Source: Candidatus Binatia bacterium
Lineage (GTDB): Bacteria > Desulfobacterota > Binatia > UBA9968 > CAXXLF01
Assembly (NCBI GenBank): GCA_963664015.2
Contig: CAXXLF010000002.1
Span: 1,088,001-1,152,000 of the forward strand
DNA length: 64,000 nucleotides
Direction: 5' to 3'
Shown: positions 1 through 10,873 of the stretch, one piece after another
How the letters are laid out: the number at the start of each line of letters is the position of its first letter
Numbering within the stretch: the first letter of the stretch is position 1
The notes under the pieces: model-generated
What the model saw: only the letters and a program-made list of their open reading frames with translations
Told to the model about the DNA's origin: nothing
The model's database searches: none
Made by a program: the position numbers and the translations under genes

Positions 1-679
1 CAAGATCCCCCACACGTTTGACCACGACCACTTTCTCAATGGTGGGGGTTCCTTCCAGAGCCTCATCCGCGCTGTGTTTCAAGGGCACGATGCCGCCCCG
101 ACGGTATCCGCCGTCTGCCGTGATGAGCAATTTAGCCTCAGCATCGTTGATTCGATCTCTCAAAGACTCGGCGCTGAAGCCTCCGAACACGACGCTGTGG
201 ACGGCACCGATACGGTTACAGGCATGCATGGCTATGACCAGCTCGGGAATCATGCCCATATAAATGGCTACACGGTCCCCGCGCTTCACGCCCAATGTTT
301 TCAGCACGTTGGCAAACTGATTGACCTGTCGCCACACCTCACGGTAGGTCAGGACCCGTTCATCGCCCGGCTCCCCTTCCCAGATAATGGCGGCCTTGTT
401 TTTCCGCCACGTTTTCACATGGCGGTCCAGACAGTTGTACGAGGCATTGATCTGGCCTCCGATGAACCATTTGGCCCAGGGGCAATTCCACTCCAGGACC
501 TTGTCCCACGGCTTGATCCAATCCAGTTCCTTGGCTACGCCAGCCCAGAAGCCCTCGGGATCCTTGTTGGCCCTTTCGTAGACCTTAGGGTCCGCCATAT
601 TGGCCGATTTGCTGAGCTCTTCCGGTGGAGGGAAACTCCTCCCTTCCTGCAAGTAAACTTCGATGGCTTGGTCTGACAT
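1..679 (-). CDS. acs: Acetyl-CoA synthetase, N-terminal part (runs off the window)
   Basis: Not in the ORF track. Manual translation from ATG at 679 (RBS GAGGAGG): [19 protein letters not shown]...[19 protein letters not shown]...[10 protein letters not shown]...[23 protein letters not shown]...TADGGYRRG, a typical ACS N-terminus. Confidence 0.95.
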   Translation of the reverse strand, partial: MSDQAIEVYLQEGRSFPPPEELSKSANMADPKVYERANKDPEGFWAGVAKELDWIKPWDKVLEWNCPWAKWFIGGQINASYNCLDRHVKTWRKNKAAIIWEGEPGDERVLTYREVWRQVNQFANVLKTLGVKRGDRVAIYMGMIPELVIAMHACNRIGAVHSVVFGGFSAESLRDRINDAEAKLLITADGGYRRGGIVPLKHSADEALEGTPTIEKVVVVKRVGDL

Positions 680-862
680 GATACCTCCTCAGGACAAACT
701 GATGCCGCAGGGAAGTTTAGGCCAGTGACTCCCCATTGGCAACATCTGGAAACACCGATCTCAAAAAACAACCATTCAATTTTCTTGACAGATTCCACAT
801 CCTAAGGTTAAGCCTAACCTTTAGCGAATACATTTTCACCGAAACCTTAGACAACTCATGGA

Positions 863-1708
863 GTGAATTCATTGGAGCTGATACAAATTGTAGAGCTCGC
901 CGGATTGGGCCTCGTTGCAGGGACCTGGGGGTCCATGATCGGTGCCGGCGGCGGCTTCATCATCGTTCCAATTCTCCTGCTGATCGACAACACCATAAGT
1001 CCGGCCGTGGTTACAGCCGTGTCTCTAGTGGCCGTCCTCGTCAATAGCCTGTCCGGTACCCTTGTCAATGCGAGTTCGAAACGAATCGACTACAAGACTG
1101 GGGTTCTGTTCCTGACTGCCACCCTGCCCGGAAGTATTTTGGGAGCTTTGCTGGTCAACCTCATTGAAAGGGGTCTCTTTCAAGTCGTTCTAGGCACTCT
1201 CCTATGCGCACTCTCAACCTACTTAATCGCCAAGCCGTCCAGACTTCTTATCGACGGACAACCGCGGCACACCGGTGCCCCGAGTTGTATCACCGACGCC
1301 GGCGGAAGGGTCTTCGAATACAATGTTAATCGCCTATTGGGAACGGGGATGACTTGCATTGTCGGCTTTCTCGCCAGCCTCCTGGGAGTCGGCGGTGGAA
1401 TATTCAATGTTCCGGGCTTCGTTTTGCTCCTTGGAATCCCTATTGAAATCGCTACGGCGACTTCTCACTTTATGGTGATGGGCACCGCCACCATCGCCAC
1501 CGGAACTAACATCATTCAGGGGGACCTCCAGGGACAATGGCCCCTGGCCCTGGCCCTATCCGCAGGGACACTTCTGGGTGGCCAACTGGGGCCTCGGATC
1601 TCGTATCGGTTCGGGTCCCGGTGGCTCAATGTCGCCCTGTCCATCGGCCTGCTCGTGGTTGGTCTAAGATTGATTTGGGGTGGGTGGAACTATTATTCGG
1701 GTCTATGA
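863..1708 (+). CDS. Sulfite exporter TauE/SafE family membrane protein
   Basis: Two GxGGG motifs (GAGGGFIIVP, GVGGGIFNVP), IATATS motif, about 8 hydrophobic segments. Confidence 0.85.
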   Translation: MNSLELIQIVELAGLGLVAGTWGSMIGAGGGFIIVPILLLIDNTISPAVVTAVSLVAVLVNSLSGTLVNASSKRIDYKTGVLFLTATLPGSILGALLVNLIERGLFQVVLGTLLCALSTYLIAKPSRLLIDGQPRHTGAPSCITDAGGRVFEYNVNRLLGTGMTCIVGFLASLLGVGGGIFNVPGFVLLLGIPIEIATATSHFMVMGTATIATGTNIIQGDLQGQWPLALALSAGTLLGGQLGPRISYRFGSRWLNVALSIGLLVVGLRLIWGGWNYYSGL

Positions 1709-1763
1709 AACTGTAAACACTGCCATACAGTAACCGTTTTCCAGCAACTGGCTCTCGTAATTC

Positions 1764-2252
1764 CTACTTTCTTTTTTCCAAGAGCACGACGGCGGCTGCC
1801 GCAATGCCCTGACCTTTTCCGATCCAACCCATCTTTTCAGTGGTGGCCGCTTTCAGATTCAGCGCCCCCGCAGTAATTTTCATGAGGCGGGCCATCCTCG
1901 TCCGGATCTGGGGAAAGAAAGGGCTCAGGGGAGGTTTCTCGGCCAGGACGGTCACGTCGCAATTGACGATACCAAACCCGGCACGCTTCATGATGCCGAG
2001 GACCCGCTTCATAAGGACCTCGCTGGAAATTCCCTTATAACGCGGATCCGTATCGGGGAAGTGGGCGCCGATATCCCCCTTACCCATGGCGCCCAGCAAG
2101 GCGTTGATGAGGGAGTGGAGGATTACGTCGGCATCCGAATGGCCGACCGCCCCCACCCCATGGGGGATATGGACTCCACCAAGTATTAGTTTTCTGCCTC
2201 GTTGCAATCGATGGGCATCAAAACCATGACCGACACGTATTGACGATTTCAA
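1764..2252 (-). CDS. ispF: 2-C-methyl-D-erythritol 2,4-cyclodiphosphate synthase
   Basis: RVGHGFDAHRL, GHSDADVILH, GDIGAHFPD and KAATTEKMG motifs. Confidence 0.97.
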   Translation of the reverse strand: MKSSIRVGHGFDAHRLQRGRKLILGGVHIPHGVGAVGHSDADVILHSLINALLGAMGKGDIGAHFPDTDPRYKGISSEVLMKRVLGIMKRAGFGIVNCDVTVLAEKPPLSPFFPQIRTRMARLMKITAGALNLKAATTEKMGWIGKGQGIAAAAVVLLEKRK

Positions 2253-2440
2253 TAAGCTATCCTTTCCCGTGGTGCAGCAGTGGGTTTCCCCTGGCGCACT
2301 ATGGCTAGAACTTCTGGGCTTCTCTCTTGATCATCCCTCCATCACAAACAACAATCAAGTCGCCGTCCTCCAACCCTATTGCATCAAAAACCTAATGGCT
2401 GATATAAGTTGCCATTGATGCATCCATCTCGGAGACTTTT

Positions 2441-2932
2441 ATGGCACAACAGCTGAACGTTGGCGACCTCTTTCCCGAATACGGCGCTTCCACAGTCGAC
2501 GGAAAAACGCTGAAGATCCCCGCTGACCTTACCGGGAAGTACTCGTCCTATTATTTTACCGTGGTGGCTGGTGACCATACTGCTGCCAGCAGTTGGCCGA
2601 CTACCAAACACAGATTGAAGCCTTCCGACGAGAAAATATCGATGTGATAGCACTGTCCGTTGATTCTTTGGAAAAGACAAAGGAAACCGTCGAACAGCAC
2701 AAGCTGACTTTCCCGGTCGTGTACGGACTCCAGGTTCCCGAGGATGCGGAGAAGATCGGTGCCTATTGGGAGGAGAGACGCAGAATATTCCACGCCACCA
2801 ATTTGATTTTGGATTCAGACCGAAAGGTGGTGAATGCCTGCTACAGCATCGGTCCCATCGGACGCATCACCGCCGCCGACGCCCTGAGCCACATTCAGTT
2901 TTTCAAAAAAGCGGAAAGCCAAACAGAGCTGA
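2441..2932 (+). CDS. Peroxiredoxin-like (AhpC/TSA) selenoprotein candidate with UxxC motif; two single-base frameshifts as assembled
   Basis: MAQQLNVGDLFPEY...GKY, -1 shift near 2545, then VLLFYRGGW-TGA(2572-2574)-PYCCQQLADYQ...VIALSVD...GPIGR. A +1 shift in the A6 run at 2905-2910 restores FFKKRKAKQS* (stop 2930-2932). Confidence 0.8.
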
Positions 2933-2961
2933 CTTCTACCGGGACCGCTTTTCCGATACGC

Positions 2962-4092
2962 CTAGACCGCCGGCATCTGGGAGGTCACGCCGCTCTTCTT
3001 CAAAGCGGCTTCGTAGGTTTGGCGAATCTGTGGATCCTCTTCATCGTAATCGATGAGAGTCCCGCCCTGTTTGGAGGTGAGATAAACACCGTCCTCCTGG
3101 CGCTTGGCCGGGATCGTAAATCCCCAGTGGTGCAACCGGCTACCGCTGCGGACCGCCAAATGACGGGCATTGCTCGGCCCCGTATTGAAGTGCTGATGAT
3201 ACCAACCGCTGGGAGGACAGTAGATACTACCTTCCCGCCATGCGACTTGAACAACCTCCTCACCACGGCCATTTTTGTATGGCTGGGCACCCAACTCCTT
3301 ATTCCAGATCAAGACGTATCCGGAGGACTGCAACCCGAGCAGAATGGCACCGGGCCCATGAAAATGGGCCTTGTGATAGCGCCCCTCGGGCCACTCGGAG
3401 AGATGTCCAATCAATCCGTTCCCCGACGCCTCGAACTGGGTAATCTGCACACCGGCGCCTTTGACATCTCTTGAGTCCAGGGAGGCCGCCTGGAGGTCCG
3501 CTATGAAATTGGTCTCCCAGATATTCTGCATCCCCAATTCGTAGCGCTTTTGCCCTACGGAAAAGTAATCCTCTTGGCCCTTATATCGATCTAAAAAGTT
3601 GAAGGGACAATCAAAAATGAACTCGGGCGAATGGAAGACATCCATCAGCAAAGGGGCATTGGTAACGGCCATAAACTTGACGGCCTCCCTACCACCGTTA
3701 ATCAGCCGATGCCAGGCATTGACCGGCGGCACGAATAGGCTGTAGGGCCCCCACTCGAAAAGATTTCGTTTTGTCTCGCCCTCCTGCCAGATCTCGGTGG
3801 CGCCCTGACCATTCATGATACAGATGACCTCTTCATAGAGATGTCTCTCCGGATTGAGAGCGCCGCCGGGAGGGATCTCGCCGACGTAAACGCTTGTCAC
3901 TCCCTCCATACCGTAGAGCTGAACAAATGAGCCCTTTCCCCCGGTGCGCTTCCATGGGGCCAGTTTAAGTTCACGGATATCTTCGACCCCGTGACCCTCA
4001 ACAACAGGAAGGCCTTCCGAATGCATCCATTTGTAGTAGGGCGTCTTATGAAACGCCTCCAGCAGTTTTTCCATCTGTTTATCAATTGCCAT
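2962..4092 (-). CDS. Bicupin protein (gentisate 1,2-dioxygenase-like fold), paralog 1
   Basis: EIPPGGALNPERHLYEE, NAWHRLIN, YHKAHFHGPGA and WYHQHFNTG motifs. Likely start MAIDKQ after AAAGGAG. Confidence 0.8.
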   Translation of the reverse strand: MAIDKQMEKLLEAFHKTPYYKWMHSEGLPVVEGHGVEDIRELKLAPWKRTGGKGSFVQLYGMEGVTSVYVGEIPPGGALNPERHLYEEVICIMNGQGATEIWQEGETKRNLFEWGPYSLFVPPVNAWHRLINGGREAVKFMAVTNAPLLMDVFHSPEFIFDCPFNFLDRYKGQEDYFSVGQKRYELGMQNIWETNFIADLQAASLDSRDVKGAGVQITQFEASGNGLIGHLSEWPEGRYHKAHFHGPGAILLGLQSSGYVLIWNKELGAQPYKNGRGEEVVQVAWREGSIYCPPSGWYHQHFNTGPSNARHLAVRSGSRLHHWGFTIPAKRQEDGVYLTSKQGGTLIDYDEEDPQIRQTYEAALKKSGVTSQMPAV

Positions 4093-4810
4093 GGGTAGTA
4101 CGACTCCTTTTACCTCGTTTATATTTATAGAATCGGTGTGAACAACGGACAGCTGTAGCACATGACAGCATTGTGATCAACGAGGACAGGAAACGCAAAA
4201 AAGGAGAGGATCGTAGGGCACCGCTTCCAAAAGAAACGACGAGATTTGTTATCTATTCTACAGAAATGTGGACTCGCGTCCCCATATGCTCCCTCCTGCT
4301 CCCTTATTACAAACGGTTAGAATGTTTAGTAAAACAACTCTCAGGGAACCCGATAGACAGCTCCGACCCAGCAAGGCATGTTTCTTGCACAAATTTAGCT
4401 GCAATAGAACTTGAGAATCCCCCCCCATTGAATGGACCATCCGGCTTTTCCGGGCGTCTACGCGGCGGGTATTGTCACGGCCTTTTATAAGGGACTCTCA
4501 TCCAGTCGCCGTCATTCATTCGGGTCCTTATGCCCTAGTCGCCATTTACAAGGGAAACGTCTATGAACTGGTCCCCATGGAAGACTCGGTTCGGCACCGC
4601 CACACGGATACCCGTAAGCAAAAATCCAAGATAGATAAGATTGAAAAGATCGCCCAAGTCGAACCCAGTGGGGCCCATCTCGATTAACCAAAAGACAAAA
4701 GATCACCCCAAGTCACCAACAAAAACCCCAATTAGATCCTCTCTTCTCAATCGCGATGGTTGGGTACCTGCCATCGATTCCAAACAGACCACCAAGCAAT
4801 CAGAAATCAC

Positions 4811-6224
4811 CTAACGCGACTTCTGTCCTGCAGATTTAGGCCAAAAATCGGCTAAATGAATTCGATCCATAACCTCGGAGGGGATAAACGAGCGCTGTTC
4901 ATAGACCGCAGGCGGCGCCGGTTTCGTGCAGTCGAGTCCTGCCCGGGTCCCCAGGGCATTGCCCGTGCTGGTGGGGTCCAGGCTGGTGGTGAACAGGCTG
5001 GGAACTACGATCAGGTCCTTGGCCCAATCGGATCGGGTCCCTATGGCCCACAGGACTTCATGCTCATCGAAGATATCCACGTCCTCGTCAAACACGAAGA
5101 CGTGCTTGATGGACTCGGGTATGGACATCACCGCCATAATAATCGCCCGAGGTTGGGAGTCGTGGGTCTTGCGAAGCTGGACATAAATATGGTGGGGACA
5201 AGAATTGGGCCGAAAAATGTTGGTCACCTGAGGCACAACCCGTTTGACCACATCATGCAAGCTCCCCTCGCGGCGTAGCGCTCCCAACCCATACCCCTCG
5301 TCATCGTAGCCGGGTATAATCGAAACCCAGTGGGCGTCTTGCCGATGGCTGATGCAGGTCACTTCCATGTACGGATTGAGCCGCTGACCGCCAAAGTAGC
5401 GCGTGTATTCTCCAAACGGGGCCTCGGGTTTTCGTTTGCCCCGTGGGACCGTTCCCTCGATGACAAACTCTGCATCCGCGGGTACTAAAAAGTCGTCCCC
5501 CAAGGTCTCCGACGGAACGACCCGCAGCGGCTCACCCATGAGCCCGCCTGCGGTTTCCCAGTGGCTTTCCGGGTAGCCAAGCCTTGCCTCTGCGCCAAGG
5601 TATACGCCCGGGTGGTGCCCCACCCAGTAGGCAATTCGAGAGTCCTGACCCTGCTCCTCCCATTTGCGCATATTCCAACGATTGTGGCTGTGAGGCTCCG
5701 CACAGATGCGAATTTCACGTTGATCAGAAAGCCAGCCACGCTGAAGCGCGCAGTTATCGGTTCCGCTATCCGGGTCGTAACTGGTCAGAAACCCAGCCGA
5801 CACATACGGACCCGGGTCCCATGCTGCATGGACAATGGCCGGTAGCTCACGAAGGTCGGCGGCAGTCCCTGTCTTAACTACTTGCTTGACCGGGGCTTCA
5901 CTGCGGTTGACCACCACCGGTTTGATGCGGTCGGCTCGACGTTCCGATATATCGCGACCCACCTCATGAAAGGTGGAGCCTAGGGCCACAGCACAACGAC
6001 TCCGAGAGGCAAAAAGGTCCAAGACCAATGGGAACGGGGAGATTCTCCCGTCAACAGTGCGAATCTTGTGTAGGATTAAAACCGGGGTCTCTCCCTGCTC
6101 TTTCTGGGCCTTTATGGCAATGGCTGCGGCCTCCCATTTGGCCTTCCACCTCCTTCTCGATATGGATCACGTGATGTGGCTCAGCGGCTTCATAGTCATA
6201 GAGAAATGAATGTAAATCTTTCAT
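4811..6224 (-). pseudogene. UbiD-family (de)carboxylase with one frameshift near the 5' end
   Basis: MKDLHSFL...IEKEV start at 6224. A +1 shift near 6145 joins the frame containing DPGPYVSAG, VPADAEFVIEG, EAPFGEY and FDEDVDIFD. Could be a sequencing indel. Confidence 0.8.
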
Positions 6225-6594
6225 TAAGTTCCCCCCCGAAATTTGGGATCTCCGTAACACAGGGATCAGGAGCCTGTCAACAAGATGTGGCAGGGGCTTT
6301 ATTTCCCCCTGGTCCCCCCTTGACAACCGATGCCGTCCCGAATAAAAGGGGGGTTCAATTCGGTTGAATCCGATTGACAAACGAGGTAGCATAATTGCTA
6401 GCACTTCAGTACGGGGCCTTCTGGAGGTGAATCAGAGAAGGATTAAGGCCCAGTTAGTCTTACCTTGTGAAGCATTACCCCAAGGACCTTCCGACCAGAG
6501 CGTGGTTTCATACCATCTATTTCCCATGTTCTGCTCCCGCTGGTAATCAGATGCCCAGGGTCAAAGACAAAGAATCCTTTTCAAGGAGGAGAAC

Positions 6595-6942
6595 ATGAGC
6601 AACAAAATATACGTGGGAGGATTGCCCTACAGCACGACCGATGGTCAACTGCAGGAGATCTTCGCGGTCCATGGGACCGTGGAGTCGGCCCGGGTGATTA
6701 CAGACAAGTTTACCGGTCGGTCGCGGGGCTTCGGCTTTGTCGAAATGGGTACTGATGACGAGGCCAAAAAGGCCATTGAGGCCTTGAATGGAACCGATCT
6801 CGAGGGACGCTCGCTGACAGTCAACGAGGCCCGTCCTCAGGAAAAACGCACCGGTGGCGGCGGTGGCGGTGGTGGTGGATTCGGCGATCGCCGTGGTGGT
6901 GGCGGTGGCGGTGGCGGTGGCGGTCGACAGAATCGCTGGTAA
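6595..6942 (+). CDS. RRM RNA-binding protein with glycine-rich tail
   Basis: RNP2 IYVGGL, RNP1 RGFGFVEM, poly-Gly C-terminus, RBS AAGGAGG. Confidence 0.97.
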   Translation: MSNKIYVGGLPYSTTDGQLQEIFAVHGTVESARVITDKFTGRSRGFGFVEMGTDDEAKKAIEALNGTDLEGRSLTVNEARPQEKRTGGGGGGGGGFGDRRGGGGGGGGGGRQNRW

Positions 6943-7338
6943 CGTTTAGACCCTGAGCGGGACGGGCGTAAGGTCGGTACGCCCAGCCTCTCAAAACATC
7001 ACTGCTTCCAAGCAAGCAGCCGGTGTGGATTTCTTTTTGCAACAGGATACGTCTCAAGCTCCGGCTGCCAGATTCTTTATTATCTTGTTTCTCTACAGCC
7101 CCCCCAATTGTCAACCTTGCGTCAGGCTGAGTAGGGTTATATAAGTCAACACCATTTCCAGGGAAAAGGCATATGGCAACGAGCTTGACCTCAATCAGCG
7201 GTAGAGAGTTGATCCAGCGCATTCTGAAAGGCGAGCGGGATTTATTCCAATCCCGACTATCGCTAACGAGGGAACACCGTTCCGACTTATCTGTTGATGC
7301 ACCCAGAGCCGTTCTTCGGCTAATTCCCGTCCGGAACC

Positions 7339-8214
7339 ATGATTGATGCTCACGTTCTACTTCCCATTATCCCCGTTTTTATCCTAATCGGTATCGGCTT
7401 TCTCTTCGCCCAATGGCGCAAGATCTCGCTACAGCCGGTTACCGAATTCATCATCTACCTGGCCTCCCCCAGTCTGGCCTTTACTTCGCTTTCGGCCAAG
7501 CCTCTCATGGTGGCCGATATCATGGTGGCGCTCTCTGGAATAGTAGGAATCATCGGCGGAGTGGGAGGTATGGTTTGGATTTACTCAAAGGCAACCGGAT
7601 TTTACTCACGGGGTTTTACTCTTCCCGTGATGTTCATGAACGCGGGCAACATGGGGGTCCCTCTCGCCCTCTTCGCCCTGGGAGAGCCCGGCCTGCAAAG
7701 GGCCACCCTCTTGTTCGTTATCATGGCTGTCCTTCAGTACACCCTGGGACTGTACATCGTCAGCGGGGACCGTGGTTGGAAGGAGGTCTTTCGCGTCCCC
7801 TTGATCTATGCCGCCCTCGCTGGGCTATTCGTCAATCTAGTAAAGATCCAGATCCCCTGGCCCATTGCTGAGCCCATCCGCATGCTGGGATACTCCACGA
7901 TTCCTCTCATGCTCGTCTGCCTCGGATATCGACTGAGCAGCATCACTTCTCTCACCTGGGGTCATTCAGTGGCGGGTGCGCTCCTTCGCATTGTGGGGGG
8001 TTTTGCCTGCGCCTATCTGGTCGTCACCATTCTGGGGGTCCATGGAATCAACCGCCAGGTCCTCCTTCTGTACGGCTCCCTTCCGTCGGCAGTGGTAAAT
8101 TTCGTGTTCACTGAAAAATACGGCCAGGACCCGGAGCTCGCTGCATCCATCATTTTAATAACGACGGTGCTCTCCCTCGTCACGATCCCGATTGTTTTCA
8201 CGATCATCCTTTAA
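7339..8214 (+). CDS. AEC (auxin efflux carrier) family transporter
   Basis: NAGNMGVPLALFALG, PLMLVCLG and LPSAVVNFVF motifs; about 10 TM segments. Confidence 0.9.
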   Translation: MIDAHVLLPIIPVFILIGIGFLFAQWRKISLQPVTEFIIYLASPSLAFTSLSAKPLMVADIMVALSGIVGIIGGVGGMVWIYSKATGFYSRGFTLPVMFMNAGNMGVPLALFALGEPGLQRATLLFVIMAVLQYTLGLYIVSGDRGWKEVFRVPLIYAALAGLFVNLVKIQIPWPIAEPIRMLGYSTIPLMLVCLGYRLSSITSLTWGHSVAGALLRIVGGFACAYLVVTILGVHGINRQVLLLYGSLPSAVVNFVFTEKYGQDPELAASIILITTVLSLVTIPIVFTIIL

Positions 8215-8262
8215 TCCGTTCATTTGAATTGAACACCACTTGAGAACCGTTTAGATCATGAG

Positions 8263-8302
8263 TTAAAAAAAGAGGCCCCCACGATGGGGCCTCTTTTTTT
8301 AA
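8263..8302. terminator. Bidirectional intrinsic terminator
   Basis: AAAAAAAGAGGCCCC-cacgat-GGGGCCTCTTTTTTT between convergent genes. Confidence 0.9.
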
Positions 8303-8320
8303 GAAAAACAGTCGGAGAGT

Positions 8321-9250
8321 CTAGGCAGCCGATACCTGCAGGTTCTGGTAGTGGTGCGATTTAGAAACCGGACCGATATCACGGATGACCTCACGCCAGT
8401 GCTCTCCTTCATCGCTACTGTAAAAGGCCTCACCATTGGTGGTGCCGGCAAACAGGGCATACGCGCCTTTCCAAACGTCCATGGCCATCCCCTCCCCATT
8501 GCCACGGATATGCTCGGGCAGACCACCAACCAAGACCTCCCAACTTTTGCCTCCATACTGACTCACACAGACCCAGGCGGTCACAGTCTCATCGCAGTTG
8601 GTCGTCGGCATGACCTGAGACACCTTGTCCGGGTCTGAGGCGGGGATCAGGACCCGATGCGCATCCGGATTCAAGCCGATTACGATGCTCCAGGTTTTTC
8701 CTCCGTCGATACTCTTAAATATGCCTCCGACCTCGACCGCCGCATAGATGGTATCGGGCTGCCTGGGATCGAATGTGATGTCTTTCACATGGGGCCAGAT
8801 GGGGAGCACCTGGGTAGGTCCAATTCTCGACACCGGGCACCTGGCGCAACCCGGTAAATTCGGTCCAGCTCAGACCCAAGTTGTCGCTGTAAAAGAGATG
8901 GGCCGGATCGGTGCCCGCATAAAGCCTGGGACGTCCGGCGACCTTCTGGAAGGCCAGAGAGTAAATTCCACGATCCCCGATACCCTGGTCTCTTCGGTCC
9001 CAGCTTCGTCCCAAGTCAACGCTAGCATAGATGCCACGGCCATAGGACCCAGCAAATAACATTTGACTCGATGGCTCGTAGATGAGTGCGCTAATATGCT
9101 TGTCCGGCAGCATGGTCTGCTGGGAACCCCAGTAAGGCGTTCTGCGCGCACAAAGGAATATACTCCATGGGCGGTGCCGACGAATAACCGATCGTCGGGC
9201 GTCTCACCTACTGTCATTGTCTGCCCTCCCGGCGATAAACAAACAGGAAT
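8321..9250 (-). pseudogene. BNR/WD40-YVTN beta-propeller protein, frameshifted
   Basis: Asp-box repeats (SVDLGRSW, SDNLGLSW, SIDGGKTW, SSDEGEHW) are split over three frames. The presumed start reads ATT (9248-9250) behind an RBS. Confidence 0.8.
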
Positions 9251-9587
9251 GGATCACCTTCCTTTTCTTCACCTGGTTAAAGTATCGATTCTTCGCGAAG
9301 TCTTATCGTTTGGCTAAACCACGATTCTGTAAGATTATTACCAGCAAAGTGGGTTGCCAATATCGTTTATCCCTATTGGCTGTCAACTTGTTCACTAACC
9401 CGCTATACGTCTCACCAAATGGGCATTTTTCTGATGGTGCGAAAATCATGGGGGGAAACAATTTGACCTGGAAGACGTTGGAAATCTTCCCTCAATCCGG
9501 TTTATGCCTTATTACAGACATAGATAACCGCCGATTGGAAACAGAAGGATGCAGGTAGACGATAGATGGGTGCTATTCAGCAAGTTT

Positions 9588-10670
9588 TTATAAACCGAAG
9601 AAGGCTTCGGCGTTATCCTTGACAATCTTTTTCTTAACGCCGTTAGTAACATCCGTGCGTTCCACAAAGGTGTTCAACGCCTTGACGTTGGAAAATGGGT
9701 CCGTGTGGCCAAAGTCGGTACCGATGATTAGCTGGTCCTCGCCGGCGTACTGAATGATATAGGGCAGGTGGTCTTCGTACTCGCACGCGATCCAGACTCG
9801 CTTTTTTGCCAAGAGGTCAAGGGTGGCGTTCATTGGCAGATTGAGCACCCGAACCACGCCCTCCAGCACCCATACGAGCCACTGGGCGCCGGCCTCGATA
9901 AAACCGACCCGCAGCTTGGGAAACTGCTCGGGAACATCGCTCTTGAGATAGGTATGGCACGCGGCCACGGTAGGGACCCGGAATCTCCAGAAGAGGCTCT
10001 GTTTCACCAGTTCCACATGTGCCGGACAGGCGTTGGCGATATGTACAGTTATAGGCAGGTCGAGACTTTGAGCTTCCTCATAGATAGGGAAAAAATAAGG
10101 ATCCGTCAGGTGGCGGTCGCCTTCCAGCGGACGCAGGGAGATACCCACCGCTCCGTTTTCCTTACACCAGCGAACCTCTTTGACGGCGTCTGTTATGCTA
10201 AGCGTCGGCGGCAGGCAGGTCCAGCGCAGCCGTTCTTTGTCTTGCGCCCACGTATTCCCCATCCAGCGGTTGTAGCTTCGGCACAGCGCTAACTCGGCAT
10301 CAGGGTTTACCGTCACTTGCGACAACCAGAGGCTGTTATGCATCACCTGGACGTCGATTCCCACCTGATCCATTTGTTCCAGCCGCTGATCGGCCCGGGT
10401 TAGCTCCCTCGCTCCAGTGGAGGTTCTCATCTCTCGGCCGGTACTCTCGGAGAGCTCTACCAATTCATGCTCGGTCCGGTCTCTGGGACGGAACCCCACT
10501 TCCTTACCGTCCAACAGCCAACACTGCTGGCCTGGCTCCGTGGCGGACTGGACTAGCCGAGGGCGGAAGGGTTCCTCGGAGGGACCCAGGTAGGCCCACG
10601 TGCTTTCATTCTCGATAACATGGGAATCCGAATCGATCATCAAAACCTGTTCGCCGCCTATGTTGAGCAT
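9588..10670 (-). CDS. Amidohydrolase family 2 protein
   Basis: IDSDSHVIE, YNRW, ITVH, GFIEAGAQW, GTDFGHTD and NAEAFFGL motifs. Confidence 0.9.
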   Translation of the reverse strand: MLNIGGEQVLMIDSDSHVIENESTWAYLGPSEEPFRPRLVQSATEPGQQCWLLDGKEVGFRPRDRTEHELVELSESTGREMRTSTGARELTRADQRLEQMDQVGIDVQVMHNSLWLSQVTVNPDAELALCRSYNRWMGNTWAQDKERLRWTCLPPTLSITDAVKEVRWCKENGAVGISLRPLEGDRHLTDPYFFPIYEEAQSLDLPITVHIANACPAHVELVKQSLFWRFRVPTVAACHTYLKSDVPEQFPKLRVGFIEAGAQWLVWVLEGVVRVLNLPMNATLDLLAKKRVWIACEYEDHLPYIIQYAGEDQLIIGTDFGHTDPFSNVKALNTFVERTDVTNGVKKKIVKDNAEAFFGL

Positions 10671-10873
10671 CTGTCTTCCTCCCGACCGAGTTTACCCAGC
10701 TAAAACCCACACCACGAGCTTAGGCCCATACTCTGCAACACTCCCTTTTCAAGTAGTCCGAAAGAATTATCCCCCGCTCATACACGGGTTTTTCTCTGGT
10801 TCGGGTTAAACCTAATTAATTGTTCTGACGTTGTCAACGCCGGCAAAATGTAACGCCGTGAGTCTACAACCGG

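Noticed and set aside
74-676. 200-aa plus-strand ORF
   Set aside because: Antisense shadow of acs.
2933-3474. Long C-terminal extension of ORF 2593..3474 overlapping the cupin gene
   Set aside because: Explained by a +1 base in the A6 run that skips the natural stop at 2930-2932.
4432-4687. Short ORFs with an FPGVYAAG-like motif
   Set aside because: Possibly an oxidoreductase remnant, but too short and fragmented to support a call.
6852-6924. GGT/GGC trinucleotide repeats
   Set aside because: They encode the ordinary Gly-rich tail of the RRM protein.
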